NCBI RefSeq assembly: GCF_001194135.2 | Contig: NC_069000.1 | Span: 26,324,109 to 26,388,108, forward strand | Length of the DNA: 64,000 nucleotides | Direction: 5' to 3' | DNA from: Octopus bimaculoides | Taxonomy: Eukaryota | Part shown: positions 36,730 to 49,330 of the stretch, piece after piece | How positions within the stretch are numbered: position 1 is the stretch's first letter | Layout of the letters: the number at the start of each line of letters is the position of its first letter | Notes under the pieces: generated by a model | Told to the model about the DNA's origin: nothing | What the model saw: only the letters and a program-made list of their open reading frames with translations | Databases searched by the model: none | Made by a program: the position numbers and the translations under genes

Positions 36730-37149
36730 TTAAAATTCCTGAGACTGAGATCCTTTCTTGTCGGACTTCTTCGAAACAGCGGCGGCAGCAGACTTCTTCG
36801 GAAGAAGGACAGCTTGGATGTTTGGTAAAACCCCGCCCTGGGCAATGGTGACACCAGACAAGAGTTTATTCAGCTCTTCGTCGTTGCGGATAGCTAACTG
36901 CAAGTGACGGGGGATGATTCGAGATTTTTTGTTGTCCCGAGCAGCATTGCCGGCCAATTCGAGCACCTCAGCAGCTAAATACTCCATTACGGCAGCCAAG
37001 TAGACAGGAGCTCCTGCACCAACACGTTGGGCATAGTTGCCTTTTCTTAATAAACGATGGATTCGACCAACAGGGAATTGAAGTCCAGCCTTTGAAGAAC
37101 GGCTCTTCGGTTTCGCCTTCACTTTTCCACCTTTTCCTCGTCCAGACAT
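36730..37149 (-). CDS. H2AX: Histone H2A.X-type variant (C-terminal SQSQEF), 139 aa, intronless
   Basis: Canonical H2A fold ([32 protein letters not shown]) plus extended tail ending in the SQ-E-hydrophobic motif. Confidence 0.95.
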   Translation of the reverse strand: MSGRGKGGKVKAKPKSRSSKAGLQFPVGRIHRLLRKGNYAQRVGAGAPVYLAAVMEYLAAEVLELAGNAARDNKKSRIIPRHLQLAIRNDEELNKLLSGVTIAQGGVLPNIQAVLLPKKSAAAAVSKKSDKKGSQSQEF

Positions 37150-37215
37150 AGTTGTTCAAAGTGCGAGTGTGTGCGAGAGGGAAATAATATGAACAATTTC
37201 AATTAATAACAAGAC

Positions 37216-37244
37216 TTATATAGTAGTCAGAGTCTCGCGCCAAA
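37216..37244 (-). promoter_or_regulatory. H2A.X promoter: TATA box and E2F site
   Basis: Minus-strand TATATAA at 37216-37222 and TTTGGCGCGA at 37235-37244. A second palindromic TTGGCGCCAA lies at 37398-37407. Confidence 0.7.
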
Positions 37245-37410
37245 AATTGCTTACAACTATAGTTGTAAAACCTCGTGCGAACGTAACTTTCTCCCTACCT
37301 TTCTCTTTAGTTCTTGTTGTCGTTCTCGTTATAACGAGATTACAAAAAAAAAAATCCAAATTTCCCATGATACCTGACAAATGTTGTTTTGAATTTCTTG
37401 GCGCCAACTG

Positions 37411-38255
37411 AATTAATGTCTTCAGAAATGATCTTTATAGATCTTAGTTGTTTAGTCATGTCTGTTGATCATCTTGTCGAGACGTCTCTTTTGTTAGCAT
37501 TATCTCGAGTGATGACTGTTAAAGCGTATTAAGACCTTTTTCAGCCCGTTTTAATTTTTTGCTAGAACAGATTTGTTGGTGAGATAATGTTTACTTAACG
37601 AAATATGAGAAAACTGGCTGTTGATAGAAAATCGATGTGTTGTTGAAGAAAACCTGAGTTGTGCGTTGAGTTCGGCTTTCGGAGAAAAACGAAATGATTA
37701 ATACTTGATCTTTCCTTTCAAAGTTCGCTATACAAGTAGAATTTTATATAGGAACTCGGAAAATGAAATCTGCTTCGTTTGTCATTGTTCAGCCTTTATT
37801 GAGTAGGATTATTATAGAAGGTTTTTCATCTAATTATCTCGTCTCTTAATGCAATAATGAATATAGGACTGCATTATCCTAGATACACAGCTCTAGCTGA
37901 GTGTAATCTCTCAGCTTAAAGTGACGGAAAAATATTAGATTTCATTTAAATACACTGCGAATGGCAGTATATACATTTTTCTCAAGTTATCTTAGGAGAT
38001 AGTGAGCATGGAAAACGCATTTCTTGATTAAGTAAATACTTGCCCTTTATTGTTGAATTCAGACTAGTAAAGTCTGGAGTTCCGTTATTTTATTGAACTG
38101 CTCGAAATAGCTGCATGCACAAATTAATGTCTTCAGAAATGATCTTTATAGATCTTAGTTGTTTAGTCATGTCTGTTGATCATGTTGTCGAGACGTCTCT
38201 TTTGTTAGCATTATCTCGAGTGATGACTGTTAAAGCGTATTAAGACCTTTTTCAG
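37411..38255 (+). repeat. 134-bp direct repeat pair (37411-37544 and 38122-38255)
   Basis: The copies differ at one position I could see (CATCTT vs CATGTT). Confidence 0.9.
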
Positions 38256-39337
38256 TTAAAAGTCGATTGAATATACTTTCGTATATTTAAGAATTGGAAT
38301 TTTGAAAAATGAAATGTTTTTTCACCACAGTTGTTTCGGTATTTGTCAATGTGTAATTAAAAACAAAAAAGACTGCTGTTATTTCTAGTAATTCTGAAAG
38401 ATCGCCCGTCCATTCTTTCAAGCGTCACAAATCNNNNNNNNNNGTTGATCATGTTGTCGAGACGTCTCTTTTGTTAGCATTATCTCGAGTGATGACTGTT
38501 AAAGCGTATTAAGACCTTTTTCAGTTAAAAGTCGATTGAATATACTTTCGTATATTTAAGAATTGGAATTTTGAAAAATGAAATGTTTTTTCACCACAGT
38601 TGTTTCGGTATTTGTCAATGTGTAATTAAAAACAAAAAAGACTGCTGTTATTTCTAGTAATTCTGAAAGATCGCCCGTCCATTCTTTCAAGCGTCACAAA
38701 TCTACGTAAGTATATTGGGTGCCCTTCCTATAAAAAACATTGATCATACAACATTCAGATGGCCTTAATATGATCGTCCGACATGCCAGAGATAACAGCA
38801 AAGTCACCACCAAGCCATTCATAATAATAAGTTTTAATTCTTGTTTCTCTTTTAATTAGATCATTGAATTTTTGTCATGATTAAGTGGGTGGAGGGCAAG
38901 GGGGCGGGAAAATTTTTCATTTTGATCGTTGGCGAAATAACGAGTAGATTCTTATCTCCAAAAGCGTCTCCATATTACTAAATACGGCGGTGGTAAAAAA
39001 TACGCACACCACCCATTTTCGGCCTAACCCTAAACACCGGGAGTGCGTATTCTTTACTTTCATCCAAAATCTGTTGTCAAATGCGAGAGATAAAAAAAAA
39101 AATGGATGTGTATGTTCAACACCTCGGTGACTTTGTTATTTCTAGTACGTGGAGAGACCACATCCACACTCATTTCATGCGTTGGGTTACAAATCACCTA
39201 TGCATGCGAACTATCAAATGCGTTTGAAAGCATTTGGAATATTGGCGTAGAGGTTTTTTTTGTTTGTTTTTCGTTGAATGAATTTACGGTGACCTAATAT
39301 GTCACAAAACTCTTGTGGGGGTGGAGTGGGGTGGAAC

Positions 39338-39486
39338 CCTCGGAAACTTGTTTCCCAACCACATGGTTCCGGGTTCAGTCCCACTGCGTGGCACCTTGGG
39401 CAAGCATCTTCTACAATAACTTTGAGTCGACCAAATCCTTGTGAGTGGATTTGGTGGACGGAAACTGAAAGAAGCTCGTCGTATGT
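39338..39486 (+). mobile_element. SINE family A, 5' part
   Basis: CCCAACCACATGGTTCCGGGTTCAGTCCCACTGCGTGGCACCTTGGGCAAG..GAAACTGAAAGAAG. Confidence 0.8.
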
Positions 39487-39721
39487 ATTCTTTAACTCTT
39501 ATTTATTGTGATTACTAAATCACATATTTAAATTGAAATTAAACTTTTATAGCATATTTTTGATCTCTCACCTTAATGTATAATCTTCCTGTGAAAACTA
39601 AAATTTTAACTTTATCCAACTCTTTTTTTTTTTTTTTGCTTTAGAGTTAAAAAATGCTAATTTTATAGTTTTAAATTCGCTTGGTATTGTTATCATAGCA
39701 ATAAATAAAATGTCTTCCTCC

Positions 39722-41560
39722 TTAGTTCCTGAATATTTCGACAACTCTGCAACAACAATGATGAAGAATTTGATCGTCTTTTACATACTGAGGTGAGATG
39801 GTTATCGAAAGGCAAGTGTTTGAAGCGATTTTATTCAACAGTCATACAATTTTTTTCAGGAGAGAAAATATGAGGATCTCTTAGCTTGCAAATGTGACAT
39901 TGCCTACTTAACAGATTCATTCAATATATTCAGTGATTGAAATTTGCAATTGCAAGGCAGTGATATAAATTTTATCAAAGCAAGACCTCTTCATTTATTG
40001 TGACCATTTGAAATCTTGGTGGACACTGAGGGAAAATGGCTGTAACTTTTTTATTTTTTAATTTTGGCGATTCCCCCTAAAAAATAATTTTGGACCCAAC
40101 TCCCCCCCCCACAGGGGGGGTATTTATTATTTTATTTAGGCGATTTTCATTTTTGACATTGTGTTCTACATGTCCAGGTCGTACCCTAACCCTAACTCCC
40201 CTTATTTATTTAATTTTTTTTAGGGAAGCCCACGTTTTAGGTTATGGAGATTCCGATTCTGAAAAAAAATTGTTTGAAAAATTTCAATTCCCCGCCCCAC
40301 CAAGCAGGCTATTTACATGCTAGAAATAACAGCCAAATCTGGTTAGGGTTAGGTTTACCCTAACCCTAACTCAAAACCTAACCCTAACCCCGTTTGCCAA
40401 AGCGCATTTTTTCCTTCATATTTATTTCATATAAGGTGCACTTCAACTACTACACTATTTTTTTTCCACTTAAAGACGGGGGAGGGGTAATCGAAATTTT
40501 GAATTTGAGATTTTTGAAAATTTTTTTTTCAGAATCGGAATCTCCATAGCCTNNNNNNNNNNNNNNNNNNNNNNNNNNNNNNNNNNNNNNNNNNNNNNNN
40601 NNNNNNNNNNNNNNNNNNNNNNNNNNNNNNNNNNNNNNNNNNNNNNNNNNNNNNNNNNNNNNNNNNNNNNNNNNNNNNNNNNNNNNNNNNNNNNNNNNNN
40701 NNNNNNNNNNNNNNNNNNNNNNNNNNNNNNNNNNNNNNNNNNNNNNNNNNNNNNNNNNNNNNNNNNNNNNNNNNNNNNNNNNNNNNNNNNNNNNNNNNNN
40801 NGGGGGAATCGCATGACCGTGACATATAGAACACATTATCGAAAACGAAAATCGCCAAAATTAAAAAATAAAAAAGTTACAGCCATTTTCCCTCAGTGTC
40901 TAATTCCAATGTCCACCGAAATCTTTGCATGACGACATGAGCTGTAGATGTCAGGACCTCATTAATATGGAAATACCTGACTGGTTAATAAACCCATTTA
41001 TTGATGATTATACAAATGAAGCTGACTCTATGATACAAGAGGTGTTAATAACTTTTAAAAAAAGACTTTGAATTGATGCCCCTCTTCAAAAAATCATACC
41101 AGCAATTCTGGCTACACAAAGAAATTTCTGAAAGATATGTAAAGCTGTGGGAAGCCGTCAAACTTTTCTTCACTGCTTTTCCAACTTCCTGTATGGCTGA
41201 ATGTGGGTTCAATGCAGTTTACACAGCTTCTAACTATACAAAGAAACCGCCTGCAAATTACAAAATGAGATCTACAATAACTTCTAAGCAGCATGGAACC
41301 TCGTAAACACCAAAGTCAACCATCACATTGAAAGCATTGAGATAAACAATCAAATAAAAGTTGTTTTGTTTTTGCATTTTTATCAATGGCATTTATAACA
41401 GAAATTAAGACAATATTAAAATTACTTTTGCACTAATACCTAAGCATTATCTTTCTATATAAGATGAATTCAGTATCTTATTTGAAATTTAATTTGACAG
41501 GGGAGCATTGACAAAAAAGATTGCTCCCAAAGCTGGCTGAAAATAGGTTGGGAAACCCTG
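39722..41560 (+). mobile_element. hAT (Buster/Charlie-like) transposon 3' remnant
   Basis: LLHTEVRWLSKGKCLKRF, EIPDWLINPF and AFPTSCMAECGFNAV motifs; right TIR GGTTGGGAAACCCTG ends at 41560. Confidence 0.85.
40018..40917. mobile_element. Non-autonomous long-TIR DNA element with 8-bp TSD nested in the hAT remnant
   Basis: TSD GAAATCTT at 40010-40017 and 40918-40925; termini GGTGGACA / TGTCCACC; long internal inverted homology; TTAGGG/CCCTAA hexamers; contains a gap. Confidence 0.85.
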
Positions 41561-41829
41561 CTCTAAGGAGTAGAGCTTACAGCTATACTGATGCAGGATG
41601 GACAATCTAGCTGAAGCTTTCTTTCCAAAATGTCCTTGACCTCCAGTACAAAATAAAAGCACATTTCCAAAATAGCTGACACTACATTCACATATATTTT
41701 ATTGTTTACTAATAAATGTCGAAATATCTACAGGAGTTACAGATTTCTCATAGAGACTAAATAATCCACTATCAACAAGCAAAACAACACTTCATAAATG
41801 TTATATAAACACTAACAATTGTTTTATCT

Positions 41830-42145
41830 TTTACTTGTTTCAGGTATCAGACTGCAGCCATGCAGAATTTTTAGTAAAATGAATCAATTTCAGTATTTTT
41901 TTTTAAACCTAGTACTTATTCTGTCAGTGGTTTTTTTTTTTGCCAAACTGCTAAATTACAAGGATGTAAGCACACCAACACCAGTTGTCAAGTGGTAGTA
42001 GGGGACAAACAGATATATATGCAACTGGTTTCTTTTAGCTTGTCAACCAAATCTACTAATAAGGCTTTGGTTGGCCCAAGGTTCCACACAGTGGGATTGA
42101 ACCTGGAAGCATATGGTTGGGAGCGAACTTCTTACCATACACCTG
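41830..42145 (-). mobile_element. SINE family A, near full length
   Basis: Head and tail both recognisable. Further copies at about 44905-45205, 50165-50500, 52755-52975 and 61060-61205 (all -). Confidence 0.75.
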
Positions 42146-42692
42146 TTGACAATTTACAATTAAAAAAAAATTTGTGGTGTGTTATTTATCCAAAGCTCAG
42201 TTTTATTTCATATATTATGTTGCTTTTGCTTTGTACCAAAAATCAAGGATATTTTCAAGACATACAGTTTCATCAAGATTATTCCAGGTTGCATTTTCAC
42301 TTCACATTTGTCTCTACAGATCTTCCACATTCCTTTTATATATTACCAATTCCTTTAAATCCTCAGTGGTAGATTGTTCTCATTCCATTATCCATATCAG
42401 AGGTTTTAGTATTATACATGTGATGCTGCTTGCACCAGAATATATACCAACTGGCTGGCCCTAGAATTGAATTCATACCCACCAAGTGAACTTCACTTGA
42501 CGTTTAAAGTGTTGTTTACCTGCAGGCCATTAGTTCTATAGTTCCTAGACTAATTCAGGACTTACATGAGACAAAATAATGCAAATTATAGTTTAGTTCT
42601 AGTTTAAGTTCTGTCAATGAGGAGGTTCTAGTCTCTGATGAGTGATCAACAGTAAAATATCAGGACACTCTTGTATAAAGACAATAATAATG

Positions 42693-42902
42693 ATTTCAAT
42701 TTTTTGCCACAAGGGCAGCTTGGGGAAGGGGGATTAAGTCGATTACATCAACCCCAATGTTTCACTGGTAATAAATTTATCAACCCCGAAAGGATGAAAA
42801 GCAAAGTCAACCATGGCAAAATTTGAACTCAGAACATAGTGATGGATGAAATACTGCTAAGCATTCTGTCCAGCGTGCTAATGATACTGCCAGCTCGCCG
42901 CC
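42693..42902 (-). mobile_element. SINE family B
   Basis: Reverse complement of the family seen at 52372-52590, 44330-44540 and 56705-56915 (+): TTCTGAGTTCAAATT..CTTTGCCTTTCATCCTTTC. Confidence 0.75.
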
Positions 42903-43039
42903 CTCACAAACACAATATATATTCACAACTGTCTCCATTCCATTGGAAAAGTCTTAAAACCTGTTAAGTATTTTATCTTAAGTTTTCTAACAGACACTGC
43001 TGTGCATATTGTATTATTTTCAATCATGAAAATATGCAG

Positions 43040-44329
43040 AAAACAACTCTGGCCACATTCCAGGGAGAAAAACTAGACTTAGTTGATAGCTTCCGCTATC
43101 TAAGTGCTAGAATAAGAGTAGCCTGGGCAAAGTTCAGAGAGCTCTTACCTCTGCTCGTGACAAGGGGCCTCTCACTCAGAGTAAAAGGCAGACTGTATGA
43201 CGCATGTGTACGAACAGCCATGCTTCATGGCAGTGAAACATGGGTCATGACTGCTGAGGACATGCGTAGGCTCGCAAGGAATGAAGTCAGTATGCTCTAA
43301 TGGATGTGTAATGTCAGTGTACATACTTGAGAGAAAAATTGAACCTAAGAAGCATCAGTTGTGGTGTGCAAGAGAGACGATTGCACTGGTATGGACATGT
43401 GGCGAGAATGGATGAGGATAGCTGTGTGAAAAAGNNNNNNNNNNNNNNNNNNNNNNNNNNNNNNNNNNNNNNNNNNNNNNNNNNNNNNNNNNNNNNNNNN
43501 NNNNNNNNNNNNNNNNNNNNNNNNNNNNNNNNNNNNNNNNNNNNNNNNNNNNNNNNNNNNNNNNNNNNNNNNNNNNNNNNNNNNNNNNNNNNNNNNNNNN
43601 NNNNNNNNNNNNNNNNNNNNNNNNNNNNNNNNNNNNNNNNNNNNNNNNNNNNNNNNNNNNNNNNNNNNNNNNNNNNNNNNNNNNNNNNNNNNNNNNNNNN
43701 NNNNNNNNNNNNNNNNNNNNNNNNNNNNNNNNNNNNNNNNNNNNNNNNNNNNNNNNNNNNNNNNNNNNNNNNNNNNNNNNNNNNNNNNNNNNNNNNNNNN
43801 NNNNNNNNNNNNNNNNNNNNNNNNNNNNNNNNNNNNNNNNNNNNNNNNNNNNNNNNNNNNNNNNNNNNNNNNNNNNNNNNNNNNNNNNNNNNNNNNNNNN
43901 NNNNNNNNNNNNNNNNNNNNNNNNNNNNNNNNNNNNNNNNNNNNNNNNNNNNNNNNNNNNNNNNNNNNNNNNNNNNNNNNNNNNNNNNNNNNNNNNNNNN
44001 NNNNNNNNNNNNNNNNNNNNNNNNNNNNNNNNNNNNNNNNAAAGACATTCAAGCGAGATCGTTGCCAGTGCTGCTGGACTGGCGGCATGTAAAATACACC
44101 ATTTTGAGCATGGCCGTTGCCAGTACTGCCTGACTGGCTTTCGTGCCGGTGGCATGTAAAAGCACCCACTACACTCTCGGAGTGGTTGGCGTTAGGAAGG
44201 GCATCCACCTGTAGAAACTCTGCCAGATCAGATTGGAGCCTGGTGTAGCCATCTGGTTTCACCAGTCCTCAGTCAAATCGTCCAACCCATGCTAGCATGG
44301 AAAGCAGACATTAAACGATGATGATGATG
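43040..44329 (+). mobile_element. RTE-clade LINE 3' part (large gap inside)
   Basis: KGRLYDACVRTAMLHGSETW and RRLHWYGHVARM; 3' UTR ends TTAAACGATGATGATGATG. Confidence 0.9.
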
Positions 44330-45424
44330 TTAAGGCAGCATTGTCAGCATGCCAGACAAAATGCTTAGCAGCATTTCGTCCATGTTTATGTTTTGAGTCT
44401 AAATTCCACTGAGGTTGACCTTGCCTTTCACCTTTTCAGGGTCAATAAGATAAGTACCAGTTGAGCACTAGGGTAGATGTAATTGACTTACATTCTTCCT
44501 CAAAATTGCTAGCCTTATGCCAAAATTTGAAATCATTATATAATCCTGTTGCTAACAAATGTGTGGTATACACATTAATCAGCCTTTTAAATCTATGTTC
44601 TAGCTTTCATCTGATTTAAATAGCAAATTGCTATAAATTTTCTTTGTAGGCAGTGAATGAAGGAATACTTGTCCTTTGGTGATGAACTAAACATTAAACA
44701 TAGGACAATTTCTTTATCTTTCTCTGTATGAAGGAGATTGAAAGATGTCTAAAATTCCACAGGGTTAAGTTTAAAAATTATAGTTTTACTTTAAATTTAT
44801 CATAGGGTTTCTAATATATGTTGCTGGGCAAAGTTAAGTTAATATTTATGTTATATCATTGTATTTTCTAGGTTATAGTGCATGTATATTCTTCTATGTG
44901 TATCTTTTATCTTTTGTTTCAGTCATTAGAATTGCGGAATTTTTTTTTTTCGTCAAATGAATCAACAGTACTTATTTTATCAATCCACTTTGCTGAACCA
45001 CTAATTTATGAGGATGTAAACACACTAAATCCAGTTTCCAAGCTGTGGTGGGGGACAAAGAGACACAAATATATTACATATACAATAGGCTTCTTTCAGT
45101 TTCCATCTACCAAATTCACTTACAAGGCTGTAGTAGAAGACACTTATCCAAGGTGCCATGCAGTGGGACTGAACCTGGTACCATGTGATTGGGAAGCTTC
45201 TAAATGAAATTGACAAATTTCTTCCTCCTAAAATTGCTGATCTTCTGCCAAAATTTGAAACAATTACCATCATTTACAACTAGGTCTTCAGATTCTGCTT
45301 ATGTTACATTCACAGAAATAGGCTATGTTAATTACATCAATTATAGAATAAAAAGTTTTTGCTTTTAATGCTATAACTGAAATTCTTTGAGTGTAGGACT
45401 AACTTGCAGATGCCTGATCAAAAA

Positions 45425-46150
45425 ATATCAGGGCTAGTGCTATAAAAAATGACAACACATATCAATTTGGGATTTAATCACCTTTGAAGTTGTCCCCTTC
45501 TGAAAGCACACACTTCATCCAGTGTCGTTTTCTTTGGTGGAAGCATTCCTGAAACTGCATTTTTGGGATAGCGAGCAGCTGTCTCATTAATTTCCTTGAC
45601 TTCTTGAAATCTTGTTCCTTTCAAGTGGGATTTAATTTTTAAAAGGGGAAAAAGTTGCAAGAGGTGAGACCTGGGGAAGGTTGTGCTGAGACAGAAACTG
45701 CTGCACAAGATATGATGAATGGGCAGGCAAGTTTTTATAGCGGAGTTACCCCTCACTGGATGCATACAATTCTGTCCTGTTCCAACAAACTGAACTGTAA
45801 CTACGTCATTCGACAACTCACACACACTCATTCAACAGTCTTTCTGAACAGCTGTATGCACATCGGCTATGTTTTCATCAGTTCTGCTGGTGTCCTAGAA
45901 CATATGTTATGGTCAACATTTTGTTGGCCATCTTGGAAATGTGTGAGCCACTCATATACTTTCTGCATATTTCCATAGGTCTCTGTGTAGGTATCAACAA
46001 GTTTTTGGCAAAATTTGATGCAAATTTTCAGCCACAGTCACTAATGGAATCTGTGCTGTGGCATGACAACCACACTCTACATGTTTCACTTCCAAGCACA
46101 GCTATAAATGATGAAAATGGGTGAGAATGTTATAACTTAGTGTGCATAGA
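45425..46150 (-). mobile_element. Internally deleted mariner element
   Basis: Broken PSPGLTSCNFF.LKIKSHLKGTRFQEVKEI..KCVLSEGDNFKGD, i.e. a mariner C-terminus. Confidence 0.75.
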
Positions 46151-46899
46151 CAACAGAGTTCAAAGTCAATTTGTGCAAAGTAGCTTCACTCTGTTTACTT
46201 TAGCTCCTTGTATTCTGAGTTCTTGGTTGGCAGACTTAATGTCATCTAGCTTAACATAACAAACAGTCTTGGGTACAGAGCCTATTATGTTGCGTGTATT
46301 CCGGTCAAATCACTGGTTTGAGGATAACACGTCTACTCATCATCTTGGAAGTCCTTGAAATGATGATTTAAACACACAGAGAGTGCAAGGAATATTTGAG
46401 GATACTTTATCAGTCTAATGTTATTTTCAAACTGAAACCAATTAAAAGGAATTTACTTCTTTCAGATTCCCTATAGCAGATAAAATACCAACAAAAGAAA
46501 TATAAAAGTTATGCAATCATTGTTGCCACATGTGTGGAACACAGAATTTAGAAATTGCCATCTCTCTAAATGCAGCAAGATCTTTTGTACATAAAGATCA
46601 GATGTAATTGGAAGCCTCTGATGAGAATGTTTCAATTGTATCAAAGAGGAAAAAAAAAAAAACAACATTCTGGCCATTCAGACACAATAACTCATCCAAA
46701 CAGGTTCAAAATACTATTGATGATGATGCTGGAAAACTCAATGAGGGCCTAAACCAGGAGTGGACTATCTGCACTGTGTGCCGAGGAAACTTAAATTAAT
46801 GTTTGCAAAGACAAAAGTAAAAAAAAAAATTAAAAAAATCTAACTTAAAAACCTCCATGAACATGATATACTTTGGTTCTTCTCTCATAAGAAAAACTT

Positions 46900-47370
46900 T
46901 GATCAAGGTACCCCAGGGTGATGTACACTAAGTTTCCAGCAAGTGTGATGTTTTTAAGAGTGGTGAGTAACAAAGATTGTCATGCCACCTCACATCTTTC
47001 TACAGGGTCTTAGAATTAATGCTGCAGAATATACTAAGGTGCCCATTGTTAAGCCCTGGATGTATGAAGTACATCGTGGAAGGCTGAATGTTTCAAAAAG
47101 ACTCAGCACCTTACAAAGCTCATGTATCTCAAGAATGGATGTCAAGACACTTTCTGCGATTATGCAAAATAAAAACTTGTGGCCTCCAAACTCACCATAT
47201 TCAAATCTCATGATTACAACATTTAGAGCATTGTTGAAAAGGAGGCTAATTAATATCCTAACACTACATGAGCTCGGTGATATACGGAATAAATGATGAC
47301 CATTTTGTGCAAGCAAAGAGACTTCCTATCAAGAGAATGAGTACAGATTTTTATTGAAATACATCTGATT
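46900..47370 (+). mobile_element. IS630/Tc1/mariner transposase C-terminal fragment
   Basis: KDSAP, NLWPPNSPYSNLMDY motifs across frameshifts. Confidence 0.7.
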
Positions 47371-47382
47371 TTTGCTAGATTA

Positions 47383-48596
47383 CTGTAAAAACCCATGTAA
47401 TTTACACACTTTTTTCGCAAAAATAAAAATAAACTTTAGGGGGTGCGTAAATTACATGAGTAGATCATTTCCAGAATTTTTTGAAATTTTTTTTTTGTTG
47501 AAAAAAGACGTACAAAACGTAAATATTCGTACCAGAAGTTGACTCATTTAATGTCAGAATAAGTTTTTACAGAAAAAAATAATGGCTTAAATATAACGGA
47601 GTTGATTTTTATTTATGCTGGACGGTATAATGCTTACTTTTTCTGTATAAATTTACTAAAACCATTAAATGGTTAACTACTTTTTGAAGTCTGACGTTCA
47701 TGCTGGTAAACACAGTCCAGGCCATATTTTACATTGCTCGGAGTTTCTACCTATAACAATGGAGCACCATTGACATACATAGTGATATAGATAATCTTGA
47801 TTGTATGTTTTTATTTTTGTCTGTTTATTACTAGGCACAGTTTTGTCATACTGTTTACACCAATTTCGAACATTGGTTTCATTAACATTAAAATACCTTC
47901 TGGTAGCTCTACTGTCATATTCAAATTCATATTCAACACATTTAATTTCTCCTTTACATTAAACAATGCATAAGTTCTGCCCATACTGACAATAATGGTA
48001 ATGACAAATTTTAAAGTTTGGTTAACACATATAAATGTGAAGGGGATTAAAATTTTGATACTCCGTATCAAAGGTTCCAGCAAGAATAGGCAGAAAAGAA
48101 TTCTGTTTACATAATCAGTTTGATCGGTCACTTTCCTCTGTCAGTTGAATAGAGTGTTATTCAAGCTGATATTTATTGGTAATTGCAACACCTGTGTGTA
48201 TATATCAGCTTTGTTTTTGTTAGTAATTCTTAACAACTTTTCCTGTGATCATGATTTGAGAAGACATACAGCAGTATGCTAAAGATCGGACATAATCTCT
48301 TGTGGGCACGAAATGTAAAACAAAGTTTATTACAAACAACACAAACATTTTGTAATTTAATAACTTTCAATGTGATACCTGTTAAACAGAAACTATTTTT
48401 ATTTATTGAACATTTAATAAAATCTAATCCTAAGTGAAATGATGCTAAATACAACTAAAACCTTTTCCCCCTGGCTATATTGGCAATTCTGAAAACTTTT
48501 GGGTGTGAATTTTACACAAGTAGAAGCTTTAACAAATATTATCCTGAAAATCACCTGCGTAAATTACACAGGTGTGCAAATTACATGAGTTTTATT
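47383..48596 (-). mobile_element. pogo/Tigger-like deleted element
   Basis: TIR-like CTGTAAAAACCCATGTAATTTACACAC / GTGTGCAAATTACATGAGTTTT. Minus strand RATRRYFNVNETNVRNWCKQ resembles a pogo DNA-binding domain. Confidence 0.75.
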
Positions 48597-48779
48597 CATT
48601 GAGTCTGTAACATCGGCCGTTCGATTTCTTCTTCGCATGCACCTACACGCCATTGCTCACGCAGTTTGGTCGACCTAGTCGCACATGCCTTTCGCGCTCG
48701 CTTGCAGGTTTCCTCGTTTTTCTTTCGTCTATTCACAAAAGGCTGCAGGTTGATTACAGAGCTGACACCATTGACAAGA

Positions 48780-49330
48780 GCAATGCACACAGGTGAAGAA
48801 GTTCAAAGTGGAAACCAGGATACTTGAACTTTTTCAATCAAGATTCAAGAGTTGGATAGTACCATTGCATAGAGGAAGGGTTACTCTCCCAACACATACA
48901 ATCTGAATGCAATATGTCAGTTACACATACTTTTGCATTACTTCTGGTACAAACCCTGTGATGAAAGTTTCTCAATTCACTATATTTAGCATGTTTGTGT
49001 TAAAAAATGTTCTGGCATGAAATGACTCAGATGCAATAGCAAATTGCATTTGCTGTGCTGTAGACTGCCCTCCCTCTATATACACACATGATGTCACAAG
49101 CCATTAACAGAGGTGTAAGATGATAATACTGCACTGGTATGGGTATGTACGGGATGTAAATTGAAATACACTAAGTGACCAATTACTTTTAAATTGATAA
49201 GTTAAGGTACTGAGGACAGGGAAGATGTACTTGGAAAGATGTATTTAAGTTGGGTGTGAGGATACTGGCATTCAGATGAAATGCTGTACCTAACTCATGA
49301 CAGCTCAAACAGCTACACATTGAATTAACA
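48780..49330 (-). mobile_element. CR1/L2-like LINE RT fragment (tentative)
   Basis: Degenerate pseudo-translation resembling the post-RT region of CR1/L2 elements; many lesions. Confidence 0.35.

Noticed and set aside
38444-38702. Third copy of the repeat upstream of H2A.X
   Set aside because: Exact 259-bp duplicate of 38175-38433 across a 10-N gap; assembly artefact.
39338-39420. tRNA genes at SINE heads
   Set aside because: Only A/B-box-like remnants continuing into SINE bodies; no complete cloverleaf. No rRNA, tRNA or CRISPR array was found in the window.
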